Assembly (NCBI GenBank): GCA_001662655.1
Contig: KV460240.1
Reading direction: 5' to 3' (one strand)
DNA from: Pseudogymnoascus verrucosus
Lineage: Eukaryota
DNA length: 64,000 nt
Shown here: one piece after another, positions 22,497 to 35,059 of the stretch
How positions within the stretch are numbered: the stretch's first letter is position 1
Layout of the letters: each line of letters opens with the position of its first letter
Notes under the pieces: generated by a model
Databases searched by the model: none
What the model saw: only the letters and a program-made list of their open reading frames with translations
What the model was told of the DNA's origin: nothing
Program-made: the position numbers and the translations under genes

Positions 22497-23111
22497 ATGG
22501 CATCCTTCGCCCGCCCTATGTTCCGATCGGTACCTCCCCCCGCTTCCTCCCCCTCCCTCACTTCTCCCAGATCAAAAGAACCCCAAGCTAACCCATCTCC
22601 CCTCCCCCAGGCACTCCGCCACGCCGCCCGCCCCTCCCCCTCGGCCTTCACACGCTTCCCCCTCCCAGCGCGCCGCTTCCTCTCCGCCGAGACCAAGACC
22701 GCCATCACCGAAGCCGTCGGTTCCGCGCCCGTAGTCCTCTTCATGAAGGGCACGCCCGAGACGCCTCAGTGCGGTTTCTCGCGCGCGAGCATCCAGATCC
22801 TGAGTCTGCAGGGTGTGGATCCGGGGAAGTTCACTGCGTTTAATGTGCTAGAGGATGATGCTTTGAGGTCGGGTATGTTGTCTTTTTCTTTCCGGCGAAA
22901 GAATAATTGCTAATGGTGTGGTTGTGTGACAGGCATCAAGGAGTTCTCGGACTGGCCAACGATCCCGCAGCTATACGTTGATAAGGAGTTTGTGGGCGGA
23001 TGCGATATCCTCGTCTCCATGCATCAGAATGGCGAGTTGGCGAAGCTGTTTGAGGAGAAGAAGGTTTTGGCGCCGCCGGGAGTGGGAGAGGAGAAGCCGG
23101 CTTCGGAGTAA
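22497..23111 (+). CDS. GRX5: Mitochondrial monothiol glutaredoxin
   Basis: Exons 22497-22529, 22611-22872, 22933-23111. Motifs [18 protein letters not shown] and [22 protein letters not shown], with an Arg-rich presequence. Confidence 0.95.
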
Positions 23112-23788
23112 GGGAGCTGTTGGGATCCGAGGTGGATGGTAAGAGAGTGTAGAGTGTACGATGGAGAGGGCGATGTACGTATAGATAGATACCTTGTTAA
23201 TGGGGATATGCAGTTTGGTTGGGTCGTTTCTGGGGGGGTTGGTGTGTTGATGTTGCTGTTGGTGAAAAGAACGCAGAGGTTGTCTTTGCAGCGAGGTTTT
23301 GTTGTGCATGGTGGCTGGTTGCTCGGGATTTGAGTATGCTAGGTAGGCTTGCAGTAAGGTTGGTCATTCAATTATATGTTGGTTGTATTTCATCTCTCAT
23401 ATTTTCAGCCTCCAAAAGAAACTCAGCTCATTTCCAATATACCCCCATCTCTTCCATGCCCAGAAAGACAGAAAAATTAATCGATTTCCATATATGGCTC
23501 TACCAATCCACACCCACAAGATTTAACAATCTTGATCCGAAAGACCTCTCCGTCTCTTTTCCCAGCCGCGCTTGTTTTTATACCTTACCTCCTCAGCGCC
23601 GTAACCGCCCGCTTAACAGCAGCGCGGGAAACAGACCTTTCCATCACCATCTCCAACAAACTCACGACTTGACAAATCTCCATCCCACGCTCTACAACTC
23701 AGCAAGAACTTGCCACACACACCCAAACAGCCTTACCACACTCACCACGCCCACCATCCCACAACCACCCTCCTTCGCACCACCAAAA

Positions 23789-24749
23789 ATGCCACACCAC
23801 CGCCTCATCCCCCGCCCCTCCCACCCCTCCCACCCCTCCCACCCCTCAAAACCCCCCTCCAAACCACAAAAAACCATTTCCACCGCCTCAATCCTGAAGC
23901 GCAAACCCATGGCCACGCTCCACACCCACAAGCACCGCGCCTCACGCCGTCGACGCAGGGAGAAGAGTCGCGAGGGGAAGAGTGGACATCCTTTGATGAG
24001 GGATTATGAGGGTATGTGTTTTCGCTGGCCTTGTTGTCTTGCTGGACTTTTGGGGATTGGGATTGGGGATTGGGGGTTGTGGATAGAGGTGTGGAAGGTG
24101 TGGAAGGTGTGGAAGGAAACAGCTAATGATCAGCAGATGATGTAGCCAAATGCCGCGAGTCTGCTCAATCGAACGCTGTAGCAGCCCTTGCTACCGCACA
24201 CACCGATCTTCTTACGAAAGTGGGAGCTGTCAAGACCACCAACACCACCCTCCTCTCCACCCTACAAACACAGTTCTCAGCCCTCCTCCTACCTCTCAAC
24301 GACACCGAAATCGCCACCACTGGGAACGCCACCCGGGGTGTGAGCGAACAAATCGAATCCTTCCGCGCACAACTTGCAGCGGGGGAGAGGGAGTTGAAAC
24401 GTCTTTGGGGATTATGGGACGAGGCGCAGGGGGAGATTGAGAAGTTGGGCAGGGAGGGGGGAGGGGGGGTAATGAAGGGGTGGGAGGAGGAGGTTAGGGA
24501 CAGGATTGGGGGGATGGAGAGGGAGGTGGAGGAGGCGGGTAGGGAGGCTGTGAGGGGGATGGGGGAGGCGGAGAAGGTGAGTTTTCTTTTTTTTGGTGTG
24601 TTGGTGCTGCTGGTGGGGAGGGGGAGCGGGTGGGATAGGGAAAGGGAAAGAGAAAAGCGGGGTTGGCTGACAGGTGTGTGCAGGAGATTGATAAGAAGTT
24701 GAGGGATGAGCAGGCGAAGCTTGTTGCGATGATGTTTCGTGAGGAGTAA
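23789..24749 (+). CDS. Hypothetical protein with a basic N-terminus and coiled-coil C-terminus
   Basis: Exons 23789-24011, 24146-24576, 24684-24749 with GTATGT/GTGAGT donors and CTAAT/CTGAC branch points join in frame, ending EIDKKLRDEQAKLVAMMFREE*. Confidence 0.7.
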
Positions 24750-26291
24750 AAAGTAGGGGGTATACTGGTGTTTGGAGAATGAGGGAAGCTTGCTAGGGAG
24801 GTTGCTTGGTTTTCGGAGGGAGGGAGATAAGAGAAGTTGCCGGAAGGGTCGCTTGAAGTTTGGAAGGCCACAGAGGGGGGAAAATTATTATATAGATTAT
24901 GCTTGACCTTGCCTCAAAACGGGGGATAGGAGTTTGCTAGATTCGTTTTTGCTCCAAATGATTTTTGGCGGCGTCGGGGATATACTTACACACACATCCT
25001 CAAAATTAGCTAGGTAGCCATTTATTTTATCCACAAAAATATCTTAGAAAACACATAGCTAGATAGAAACATAAAAACCGCAATTGGCTTTAAATATTAA
25101 TTCTTAAATATAAAGTTTTGAACTCTATCATCACCACCTCCCATCTCGAGCTCGTCCCACGTGCTAGCGTAGCATTACTCAAGTGTCTTAGAGAGCTCTC
25201 CAGTACCGGGGCAAAAATGCGGGGAAACTCAATCGTGTGTGCAAGCCGCCCGCCTCACCCAGGAGTCAGTACCGTACCCAGTACCGCACAGAACAACAAC
25301 ATCAACAACAACGACGTCGACCTTCTTCTTACAACCCTCTCCTTAACCGCAGTTGATAAAAACCCCTTTCACACGTACCTACCTTACCTCCTCCAAGGTC
25401 ACCTCATCCTCGGTCCATCCCAGCCCCAGCCCAGCCCCAGCCCCTGTTTGCAACTCTCCCCCCTCCAAGGCCCCCCACTCGTCCATTCTAGGCAACTCCA
25501 ACTCAAGCAGGTTAAAAAAGCGACGGAAGTGGCTGGAACCAGCTGTAGTAGGAGTGGCTAAGGCCAGGACGGGGGTTGCGCGCTGCCAACTCCGGCTAGG
25601 GTTGTTGGAGGTTGGTTGTAGGTTGGTTGGTGTGGGATTGGGACTATGACGTAGTGATTTTGGGATCACATCATGAAAAGGTTTGTTGATGCCAAAAGCA
25701 GCGAGGGGGTGAGCGGTGTTTGAGCGAGCGGATACGGGAATTTAGAGGGGGGATGGGATTTAGAAATAGGTGTTTATATGGTTATATGGGATATAATAAA
25801 TAGGATATTGTATAGGGAATGGATTGTGATGGCGGATTGTACGGAGGCAGTATGTATGTATGAAGCTCGCGACGACGACAACAGCGTTCTAGCCCATACA
25901 CCGCCAACGCGACGACGGCCAACCCCCCCAAACGAGCAAGAAAGGTACATGTCTTCCTCCCACAACCCCAATACAAACCCCAAGTACCCAAGTTAATGAT
26001 GGCAACGAGCTTCCTCCCCACATGCACCTCCACCACACATCCAAGCTCCACACCCAATCAAGCTTCCTCCTCCCCAATATCGTCATCGCCTCTTCAAGAC
26101 CCGCGGAGACAAACGCAATTGCAAGCACCGAGTACCAAGGCAGAGAGCAAGGGTAGTAGTCCCCCCCCAAGCTCCCCCCTCACACCATCCTTTAAAAGCT
26201 GGTCGCCCGCCCTCAATCGTTCGACTTCTCCTCTTCATCAATCAATACACCTGTAGAATCTTTAAACCGGATCCTTCAAGTCGATATCAAT

Positions 26292-27039
26292 ATGTCTCTT
26301 CACTGTATGTTGGATTCCCCGATCTCTGCTGTTTGGAGGGATGGTTATCACACTTGCACAACGATGATGGCTTGGTCACTGTCAACAATGACGTGACACC
26401 ATCACCACTCCGACCCCCCAGTTCTCAATCACCTCAACCACCTCAAATCACCTACCTCACCCCCCACCAAACCACCTCACTAACACCCCTCCCCCCCCCA
26501 GATCTCCCCCCCGTCAAGCCCTCCGCCATCGCCCTCGGCACAGTCTTCAACCACGCCGCCTCTCTCGCCGTCCTCGGCCCCGTCTTCGGCGACACCTACC
26601 ACCGCGCACAAGCCGCAAACTCCAAAGAGGAGTTCATCAAGTCCAAGGAGGCCGCCTCTGCCGCCGCCGCATGGGGAACTTCCGTCGTGGGCTCGGCGCT
26701 GCAGACGTATGGTGTTGGTGCGCTCATCAATGCTACGGGTACGCTGAGCTATAAGGGGGCGGCGTATTTGGGGAGTTTGATTTTCTTTGCTAGTTCGGCG
26801 CCTTCGGTATGTTGTTCTTGCTGTTGTGGCATCACTTCTTCTTTCTTTCCCTTGGGGGAGAGGGAAGGTGATGGCGGTTGGGGATGAAAGCTAATGGAAA
26901 ATAGTTCATCGCGCAGGTCTTCACTGAGAAGAGGCCGCTCGACACCGTCGCCGTTGGCGTCGTCGCCCGCGTCTTCGAGACTGTTGGTCTCTCGCTGTTC
27001 CTTACCTGGTGGGGCACCCGCACGAACCCCTTCGATTAG
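26292..27039 (+). CDS. Small conserved fungal membrane protein (DUF1761-like)
   Basis: Exons 26292-26304, 26502-26806, 26905-27039: MSLHYLPPVKPSAIALGT...GTLSYKGAAYLGSLIF...ETVGLSLFLTWWGTRTNPFD*. Several hydrophobic segments; the family call is from memory. Confidence 0.8.
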
Positions 27040-27417
27040 AGGGTTCGTTGCTTTAATGTGAAAGGGAAGAGGATGGGGGATTTTTTGTAGATGATTAGTG
27101 TGGAGGTGGTGTATTATAACAATGAGATTTTGAACTCGGGATTATAAAACATTTTTAAAAGTATCTTTGATGATGTGTCATTGCTGTGAGGGAGGTTGAT
27201 ACCTATGTCATGGTCTGACTGGTGTGCAATGTACTGCAATTGTAAAAATAATAATTAGTAAAGTGATAATTCCAATCCATGTTAAATTCTATAATCCAAG
27301 GGTATCTTCCGCACGTGTTGAAACGCCGCACCCCAATCTTTAAGCATGCTATTTACCCTACTGTCTAATCCACCCATTTTCCCTTATTTAACCCTCCCCG
27401 CGCAAGACCACCACGCC

Positions 27418-28830
27418 CTACGCCTTCTCCTCCCCCCTCTCCTCCTCCCTCCTCCTCTGCTCCTCCTCCAACACCTCCCTCTCCCTCTGCGCCTTCTCCC
27501 CAACAGCCTTCTCCCCCTTCGCCCTCTGCCTCGCCTCATACCTCTCCCTACTCCTCATAATCCTCTCCACAATCTCCCCCGCATTAACATGCTGAAACAC
27601 ATGCTCCCCAATCTCCCTATACACCCCCATCTCCTTCGCCGCCGCGTACGGATCATACGTCAGCGGCATAAAGCTCGTCGGGCCGTGGTACACCGCGTCC
27701 GGCGTGCCCCAGGGCATGGAGCTCAAGTACGCTGACGAGGGGGTGAAGGGCGCGCCGAAGACGACGGCGGAGACGTACTTGCATTGCAGCACGCAGAGGC
27801 CGCGCTCGTAGATGTTCATGATGGGGTAGTTGACTCCCTTCCACCGATTAATCGTCTCATCATCATGAACCCCGGCAACCACAAACGCGGGTCCATAATC
27901 GGCCCCCCTCCCCGTCCGCTCACCCGTAGCTTCCTCGCTATACCACCCTTCCTCGCGCCCAAGCGCTTCCTCGGCCTCAATCACACGGCGCAGGAACTCA
28001 ATGTGGCCAGATGAGAAGAGATCAAAGCCCCCGTCGACGTAGACCACGCGCTGGCCCGGCTGCGGTTTGAGCCCGGCGCAGAGAGAGTTGAATGTGCCCT
28101 TTTCTTCGGCGGTGTTGTCCTCGCGCGCGCTGGCGGAGGCGGACCAGAACCACACGTCTGCGCCGGGATTGAGGCCCGTGGCGTCGGTAGCGTAGAGGCG
28201 CATGCGCGCCGCCATTGCCTTTCCCTCCTCCACCCTCTCCGCCTCGCTTCCCGATCCCTCCTTCCCCTCCAACAAGTTCGTGAGTGATTTAATAAAATGC
28301 GTGCGCGTGCACAGGAGCATCCTGCCCACCAAATCCGTCGTCGAGATACTCGGCGTGCGCTTCACGACTTTGAATCGCCCCGCCGCTTTGACGAAGCGGT
28401 AACAGTCCTCCCCGGCACTGTCGGAGGTGATGTCGTCCCCGTGAACGACATACTTGCATCCGTAGTGCGAGATCCAGGGGAGAGAGGTGACGTAGGGCGC
28501 GTAGGCGACGGAGGCGGTGACCCAGCGGCAGGCGTCGACGGCGGCGATGCGTTCCTGGAGTGTCATGACTGTTGGGCCTTTGTTCTCGAGGATTGCTTCG
28601 TCGGAGTGGATGCCTACTACGAGTTCGGTGCCGAGTTGGCGCGCTTGGAGCATTGCGCCGGCGTGGCCTGGGCGGTGTGAGAGAGCTGGATTGGGATGGG
28701 ATGGGGGACAGAGGGGCTACTACTGACCATGGTGGAAGAAGTCCCAGCACCCGTCGACCCAGATCCTCCCATCGAGGATCTCGGGGGCGGCGTCGCCGGG
28801 GGGGGATTGAGGTTCTGAGGCTCGGCTCAT
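27418..28830 (-). CDS. ECT1: Ethanolamine-phosphate cytidylyltransferase
   Basis: Two cytidylyltransferase domains: RIWVDGCWDFFHHGHAGAMLQAR (across intron 28668-28727) and YVDGGFDLFSSGHIEFL, plus KRTPSISTT. Confidence 0.95.
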
Positions 28831-29841
28831 GGTTGGGGAGTTGTGGGATGGGAGGTTGGTGGTGGTGGTGGTGGTGGGATGTTAGGGGGTTGTTTATTTA
28901 CTGATAGTGGGATGGATTGAGGAGGGGTAATCGGTGTGGAGTGGGATATCGCTCAGCCTTGCAGGTCGTGCAGTACAGCGTATAACCGAGAGCAGGTACA
29001 GTGGTGTAAGGTGGCCATTTCAGCGGCCGTTAGAGCAAGGGCTTCCTTCCTCGGAACGGTAGGACGTATTGCCCGTACATATTCTTTATTTAATTAGGGA
29101 GAGATTGTCAAGATAATTGTATACTCTACTCATAGAGCTGTATAAGGCAGACGTCTAATGTGGCTTCTCAATAATCCATTATACCAATATTTCGATTTTC
29201 TGATAGGCTGTGATAGCAAGGGGTAACGGTACAATCCCCAGCCAGTCAGCACCTATCAATGGGAAATTGATATTAGCTTCGACCACAGCCCAGCGGTGAA
29301 GTTATTAGCAGCGACGCCATCGAAGCATGTCATAGGTTCGTGCCTGGGCCCCCCAGATCCCTTCGTCCTGGTATCCGAGAGCTGTTGGCGCTTCGGTGTT
29401 ACAACGTTACTCAACTACGCCCTGGTACCTGACACTCTCGAAGCCTCAGATACACATAATGTACGGAGTAGGCAGGGACAAGCAAGGGAAGGCATAATGA
29501 TCCCTGACACGATTATGTCCCTATCACATACATATCACACCTTATGTATACCTTAAGGTCTTATGCAGACCAATGCCTCCCTCCCACATTGCAAAATCAT
29601 AGTACACAGCGAAAAAAGACCTCCGGTCGCAATGTGCTATGCAATATACAAAACGTGCTCTACGACACTTCCACTTCTATGATTGCGATATTCTGGCGGG
29701 GCACAGAAAAGCAGCTGGTCCAAAAGAAGAAGAGGGCCGATCACCACCACCACCCCACCCCCCTGGCAACGGCAAAAGACTGGCGGTGATTGGGTTAGAC
29801 AAACAACCACCAGCACCACCGCGGTCTAGGCACAGACCAAA

Positions 29842-31333
29842 ATGGAGCGATCCCTAGAGGCATTCTTCCCTGATGAAGCCAGCGGCGGCATTTTCTCCAG
29901 GACGGGCGCCATATTCGGAGGAGGGAACAAGACGCCAACATCCACGCGACCCAGCACCAGCAGCAGCGGTTCCCGGCGAACAATCAACGCCTCGCAGTCA
30001 TCGACGGGCTCGACCACCACCACCGCCTCGACGGCCAGCAGCTCCGGCGGCCTCTCGCGCAAACCCTCGTTTTCGCGACTCACGAGATCGCCTCCCAAGC
30101 CGCCGCCGACGACTGTAGCGTCGCGCTCCTTGTCCTTCAGCTCCGCGTTCGTCGTACCGAGCTTCGTCACCGCGGATTCGAGTCGAGAGATACCTCCTGT
30201 CCCTGTTAGGACCGCCAACGGCCGCAAGGCTTCGATCGCTTCGCTTCAATTGAGGGGTGATAAGGGCCGCGGCATTGGGGAAGGAGCTGGCGTCGCTGCG
30301 TCGGAGAGAGAGTCGTGGTCGTCCACCGCGGCGTATAGCAAGATGATTACGGTGCCGTTCAGTCAGGGAGGGGAGATCAAGCAGAGGTCTGGGAGCGCGG
30401 CGGGCGCCAATGGCATGGCTCCTCTGTCTGCGACTATTTCGAATACGCCGGCTAGTCCGTCGCTGGAAAATATTACATATCAGCATATACAGGATGTGGC
30501 ATCGAAGAGAATATCTACGCTGAATTATTTGAAGAAAGCGTAAGATTGCCCTGAAACTGGAATGAAGAGGATATATGCTAACACTATGTAGTCATGAGGG
30601 GAGGGTATACTGGTTCAATACTTTATTATTCAACAAGACCGATCTGGCCCGGATGCCATATTTGGACCAGAAGAAGCTCGCCAGACGAGCAACAAACTAT
30701 CTACTTTTGGGCGTGTCACTGCCTTCAGTCCTCGACCTCAATTCTACCAATGCCGTCGATTTCCTCAAAACTCTCAACGCGCTGCTCGCAGAATTCGAAT
30801 CCTACCAACTAGCACACCCCCCAGATGGCTCCTCCGGATCCCTCTCACGAGGGCGGCTACCGCAGATGTTCAAGCGTGCCGCGAGCTCGACGAACTCCAA
30901 GGGCAGGCGGACAAGCTCAGCTGCAGATATCGGCTTGCCAATGGGCAGCGAGTCGGACTTGAAGTCGATCTCTGGTGGCATGTCCACCACCGGTATCGTC
31001 GCTGCATCGTTTCCCGCGAGCGAAAACGATTTGCTTCCTGGCGAAGAGTACAATTTACTTATTACGCCCTCGCTACCTTTCGAGCCGGACTTCTACGAGA
31101 CATTCGCAACTCTATGTGATGTCTTGATGGACACCTATACGAGACTTATGAGCTTGTTAGCTTCGCCGAAGGACTGTAATACGCTTATAGCCGACATGTT
31201 CTCAAAGGCCGATGGAAGGGTCAGGAAGATCATTGTCCAGGGCGTGGTGAAGGAGTTTGAGGACAGCTGCAGGGTTGGCGCGAAGAGCGAGGTTGCGAGC
31301 ATTGGGAAGGTCGTTTTGGGAGGGCTGATGTGA
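29842..31333 (+). CDS. Fungal protein of unknown function (Ser-rich N-terminus, helical C-terminal domain)
   Basis: Exons 29842-30539 and 30592-31333 join as KRISTLNYLKKAHEGRVYWFNT, with a canonical intron and CTAAC branch point. Confidence 0.8.
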
Positions 31334-31891
31334 CGCATATCAACAACTATCTATCTATTGGGATACTAGGCGTACTGGGCGCATCTCATCGATTTAGGGT
31401 CGTGAGAAGGAGCATTGGCATGAAGGGTTTTCATGACGGAGTTGCAAGTGTGTTTTAAAATAAGGGTCTTGGAGGAGGTATTTTTTTGGGTTAATTTTGT
31501 TTAATTATGTATCGTGGGCACAAGCATTTCATACAAAAAGATATGCTTGAAATATTGCTCTCTAAAAAAGTAATCTAGAGCAAAAGAACGTCCCAAGACA
31601 AGAGTTTTTATCAGATACCATAACGCATTTTGTGTCAACATCGGAAGTCCCGCTTTTTACACGGTCTCCCTCAGTGCTTGACTCTATTTGGTAATCATCA
31701 TATAAAACCCCTCTCCTCAAGAGAATCCGGCTCCTTTGACAGAGCATCTGAGCCGTTCCAAACCGCATCCCGCCAGGCATAGGCACTGCCCATAACAGGC
31801 AGGAGGCCCAGAGTGTTGCGCCTGGCGGTTCAGCAGTGTGATCCAACTCCGCTTTCCATAAGCTACAGATCCAAAAGATAGTGTGAACTCC

Positions 31892-32330
31892 TCGTCTCAA
31901 GAATAAGCCCCATCGAGTTACCCCCCTCGACCAACTGTGAAGCTGGCAAGAAGAGCAATCGCATAACTATCACTCTCGACGAAAGCCTCCCCCCTCCCAT
32001 AAACCCCAACCCAGACCGAAGACACTTCCCCGCCTCCCCGCGATCATTGCAAATGCTCTACCACAACTGAGGTTAGGAGAGCTCGGACTCATATCTTCAT
32101 CCATAAGGTCTCCCCCTCCCCCCGAAGCAGCAATCAAAAGCGCCGAAAGCGAGTACAAGCAGCGAACAAGGTCGATCTGAAGAAAGGTAAGAGGAGAAAA
32201 AAAGAAGCCGCAGTATGCTTCTATGGCGGCGCGTTTCCGCGTTCCTTTTTTCCACAACGAGTTGTAGAAAAAGGTCGTCCGGGGACTTTCTCCCAAAGCA
32301 TTGACTAGCCCATGACAGGCTGAGAGACAA
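31892..32330 (-). ncRNA. RNase MRP RNA (NME1-like)
   Basis: Minus-strand CR-I GAAAGUCCCC (32290-32281) and CR-V AUGGGGCUUA (31913-31904) can form the P4 helix. Terminal P1 pairing is UUGUCUC/GAGACGA, there is a CGCG-GAAA-CGCG hairpin, and the ~440 nt region has no real ORF. Confidence 0.82.
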
Positions 32331-32733
32331 CAATAAATGTGTCTGCTCCGTTTGTGTGCTTCGACTGCGATCCTTTGAACGAGGAGTTGCAGAAGGGAAG
32401 ACGGTTGGTGGGAGGGAAAGTTTATTTTTTTGTAGTCTGCGGGTTCGCGCTAGTGCGGGAGTTTTGGCCCCAGGCAGGCAGGCAGTAGTGGCTTTTAGCG
32501 AGGCGCGTTGTTGGTAAAGTGCTATCGAGAGATACTGCTGCTGCCTTTTTTTGAGACAAGCTCTCTCGCCGCCGTGACGTAGAGGAAACAAACAGCTTAC
32601 AGTTTTCACGAACCGCAGGTGAATTTCTTCGACTCTTGACCTGATCGAAGTTACCACGTAAGACGACGCCTTCGAAGAGCCAGACAGGCAAGCTCAAGCT
32701 AGCTTCACGAAGGCGCACCGCGAGCAGCACAAA

Positions 32734-33906
32734 ATGGCAGGATTATTCGGATCGGGGTCCGCGACCGCAGCGAATACGCTGGGCGATCTGTCGAAGGATA
32801 TTCAGCTGAACAACGGACCGGAGGACAGCATCTCGCACATCTCGTTCTCCCCGCAATCCGACCATTTGGCTGTGGCGTCGTGGGACAAGAAGGTCCGCAT
32901 CTATGAGGTCAACGCGCAGGGAGGCGAGGGAAAGGCTCTGTTTGAGCATGAGGGCCCGGTGCTGAGCTGCGACTGGTCGAAGGTATGTGGTTATTGTGAA
33001 TTGTGGTATAGGCACAAGCTAATCTTTCTGGCAGGATGGTACGAAAGTTTGCGGTGGTGGAGCGGACAAGGCTGCTCGTATGCTTGACTTGGGATCGGGA
33101 GGGACTACCGCCACACAGGTTGCTGTTCACGATGCGCCTATCAGGTGTGTGAGGTTCTTTGATGCGCCGGGCTCGGCGGCTCCTATGCTGGTGACGGGTT
33201 CGTGGGATAAGACGGTCAAATACTGGGATCTGCGAACGGCGAATGCGGTTGCCACCATCAACTGCCAGGAGAGAGTGTATACGATGGATGTGAAGGACAA
33301 CCTGCTCGTTATTGGCACTGCAGACCGTTATATCAACGTCGTCAACCTCACCAAGCCGACGGAGTTCTACAAGACGCTGCAGAGTCCGCTCAAGTGGCAG
33401 ACAAGAGTTGTGGCATGCTTCAAGGATGCCCAGGGCTTTGGAGTTGGCAGTATCGAGGGCAGATGTGCTATGCAATATGTCGAGGAGAAGGATGCAAGGT
33501 CCGTTACAATCTCCACCCTATTTTTGCCCCCCTCTAACAAATTTATAGCCTCAACTTCTCGTTCAAGTGCCACCGCGACCCACCACAGGGAAACATGACC
33601 AACGTATACGCCGTCAACGCCATCTCATTCCACCCCATCCACGGCACCTTCAGCACAGCTGGCTCCGACGGCACATTCCACTTCTGGGACAAGGACGCCA
33701 AGCACCGTCTCAAGGGTTACCCCACCACCGGAGGCTCCATCACCACCACCGGCTTCAACCACACCGGCACTGTCTTTGCCTACGCCGTCAGCTACGACTG
33801 GAGCAAGGGCTACTCGCAGAACACCCCGCAGTACCCCAACAAGGTCATGATGCACCAGATCGTCAACGACGAATGCAAGCCCCGGCCGACCATCAAGAAG
33901 AGGTAA
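32734..33906 (+). CDS. RAE1: Poly(A)+ RNA export WD40 protein Rae1/Gle2
   Basis: Exons 32734-32982, 33035-33498, 33549-33906. Motifs PEDSIS, SWDKTVKYWDLR, SPLKWQTR, GSIEGRC, FSFKCHR, YAVSYDWSKG. Confidence 0.96.
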
Positions 33907-35059
33907 ATGCTCATAACACGCGACGGAGAGACAGAAGCGTATTTTTCTGGAGATAGATGAAGAGGCAAGAGCTAATGGAGGACAAAGTAACCGCAGATAA
34001 GGATGAAAACATGATGGGAGGATTTGGGTGGGGGGATGGATGGGTGATTCGTGTGTTGTTAAGGGGTACGAGTAGGCGTTCTGGAGAGGGAAATTAGGGT
34101 TTAGTTTTGAGCGGCAGATACCAGCATGGAATGGGAAAGATTATTTAGTAGATTCGCTGACCTGCGGTGCTTGTGGACTGTATATATAAGAATATGGCGT
34201 TTGTATGTGAGACTGGTGACAGTTGTGACCAATGAAAACCTGCATCCCGTAGGAAGTCTGGGCTGCAAGGAATATAGAGCTTCAACCCAGGGTCCGAAGC
34301 AGTACCTTGCATGATATTAGGGTATGTGACGACACTATGCCGTGCTGCATTTATTATGCTATACATATCTTGAGTACTTCAAAGTTCAATATTATCTTTG
34401 TCCTCCTCTCTCCGTGCCAAGTCCTTGGAAACTCACCATTTCACCTCCCCCAAGATCGTACCTCGGCGAGTGAACATCACCCACACACACCAGAGCGCAA
34501 GGGCATATTTATTACCCCAGATACTTGACGTAACACACCATGGATTGGCTCACGTTATTATAATGTCCGATCGCTTAACAGTCGGCACACATGGTATGCA
34601 ACCTGTTTCGTCCAGGCCGGTCGGGAATAATTAAGGTATTTTAGTTTGTGTTAGCTCCACGCATTCAAGACTAACCAACTCGACGGCGTCACCTTTTCTC
34701 ACTCGTACAAACCTACCTTTACCCTGCTGCCCACATCACAATTTAATTTTAACAGCCTTACAAATACACATCCACCCCGGCCTCTGGGTCTCCAAAACCA
34801 CCACTGCTACAACCTTTCCAAAGCCCTCCTTCTCAACTACAATCCCGTCTCCAAAAAATCTTGGCAACCAACGTCACAAAGCCCCCCCCATCATGGCTGC
34901 TCAACGTCTGTTGAACATGGTCCAAAACGCCCCAAACCAGTCGTAGAACTCGGCCCCTTCTACAGCAGCGGCCTGCTGCACGCCGCAACCCGAGCCCTGC
35001 GGACACTGTTGTAGGGGGTTATTGAACCTAGATACGAGAGATCTAGAGTGGACGAAAAG

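Noticed and set aside
14629..23111. Possible Fe-S functional cluster (CIA1, aminotransferase, GRX5)
   Set aside because: These are ordinary housekeeping genes with no shared pathway step or evidence of co-regulation; their proximity is probably incidental
25118..26256. Short ORFs between the 23789 gene and the DUF1761-like gene
   Set aside because: No domain, splice pattern or coding signal that I can support
32170..32200. CTTACCT on the minus strand resembling the U1 snRNA 5' end
   Set aside because: It lacks the AUACUUACCUG start and lies inside the RNase MRP RNA candidate
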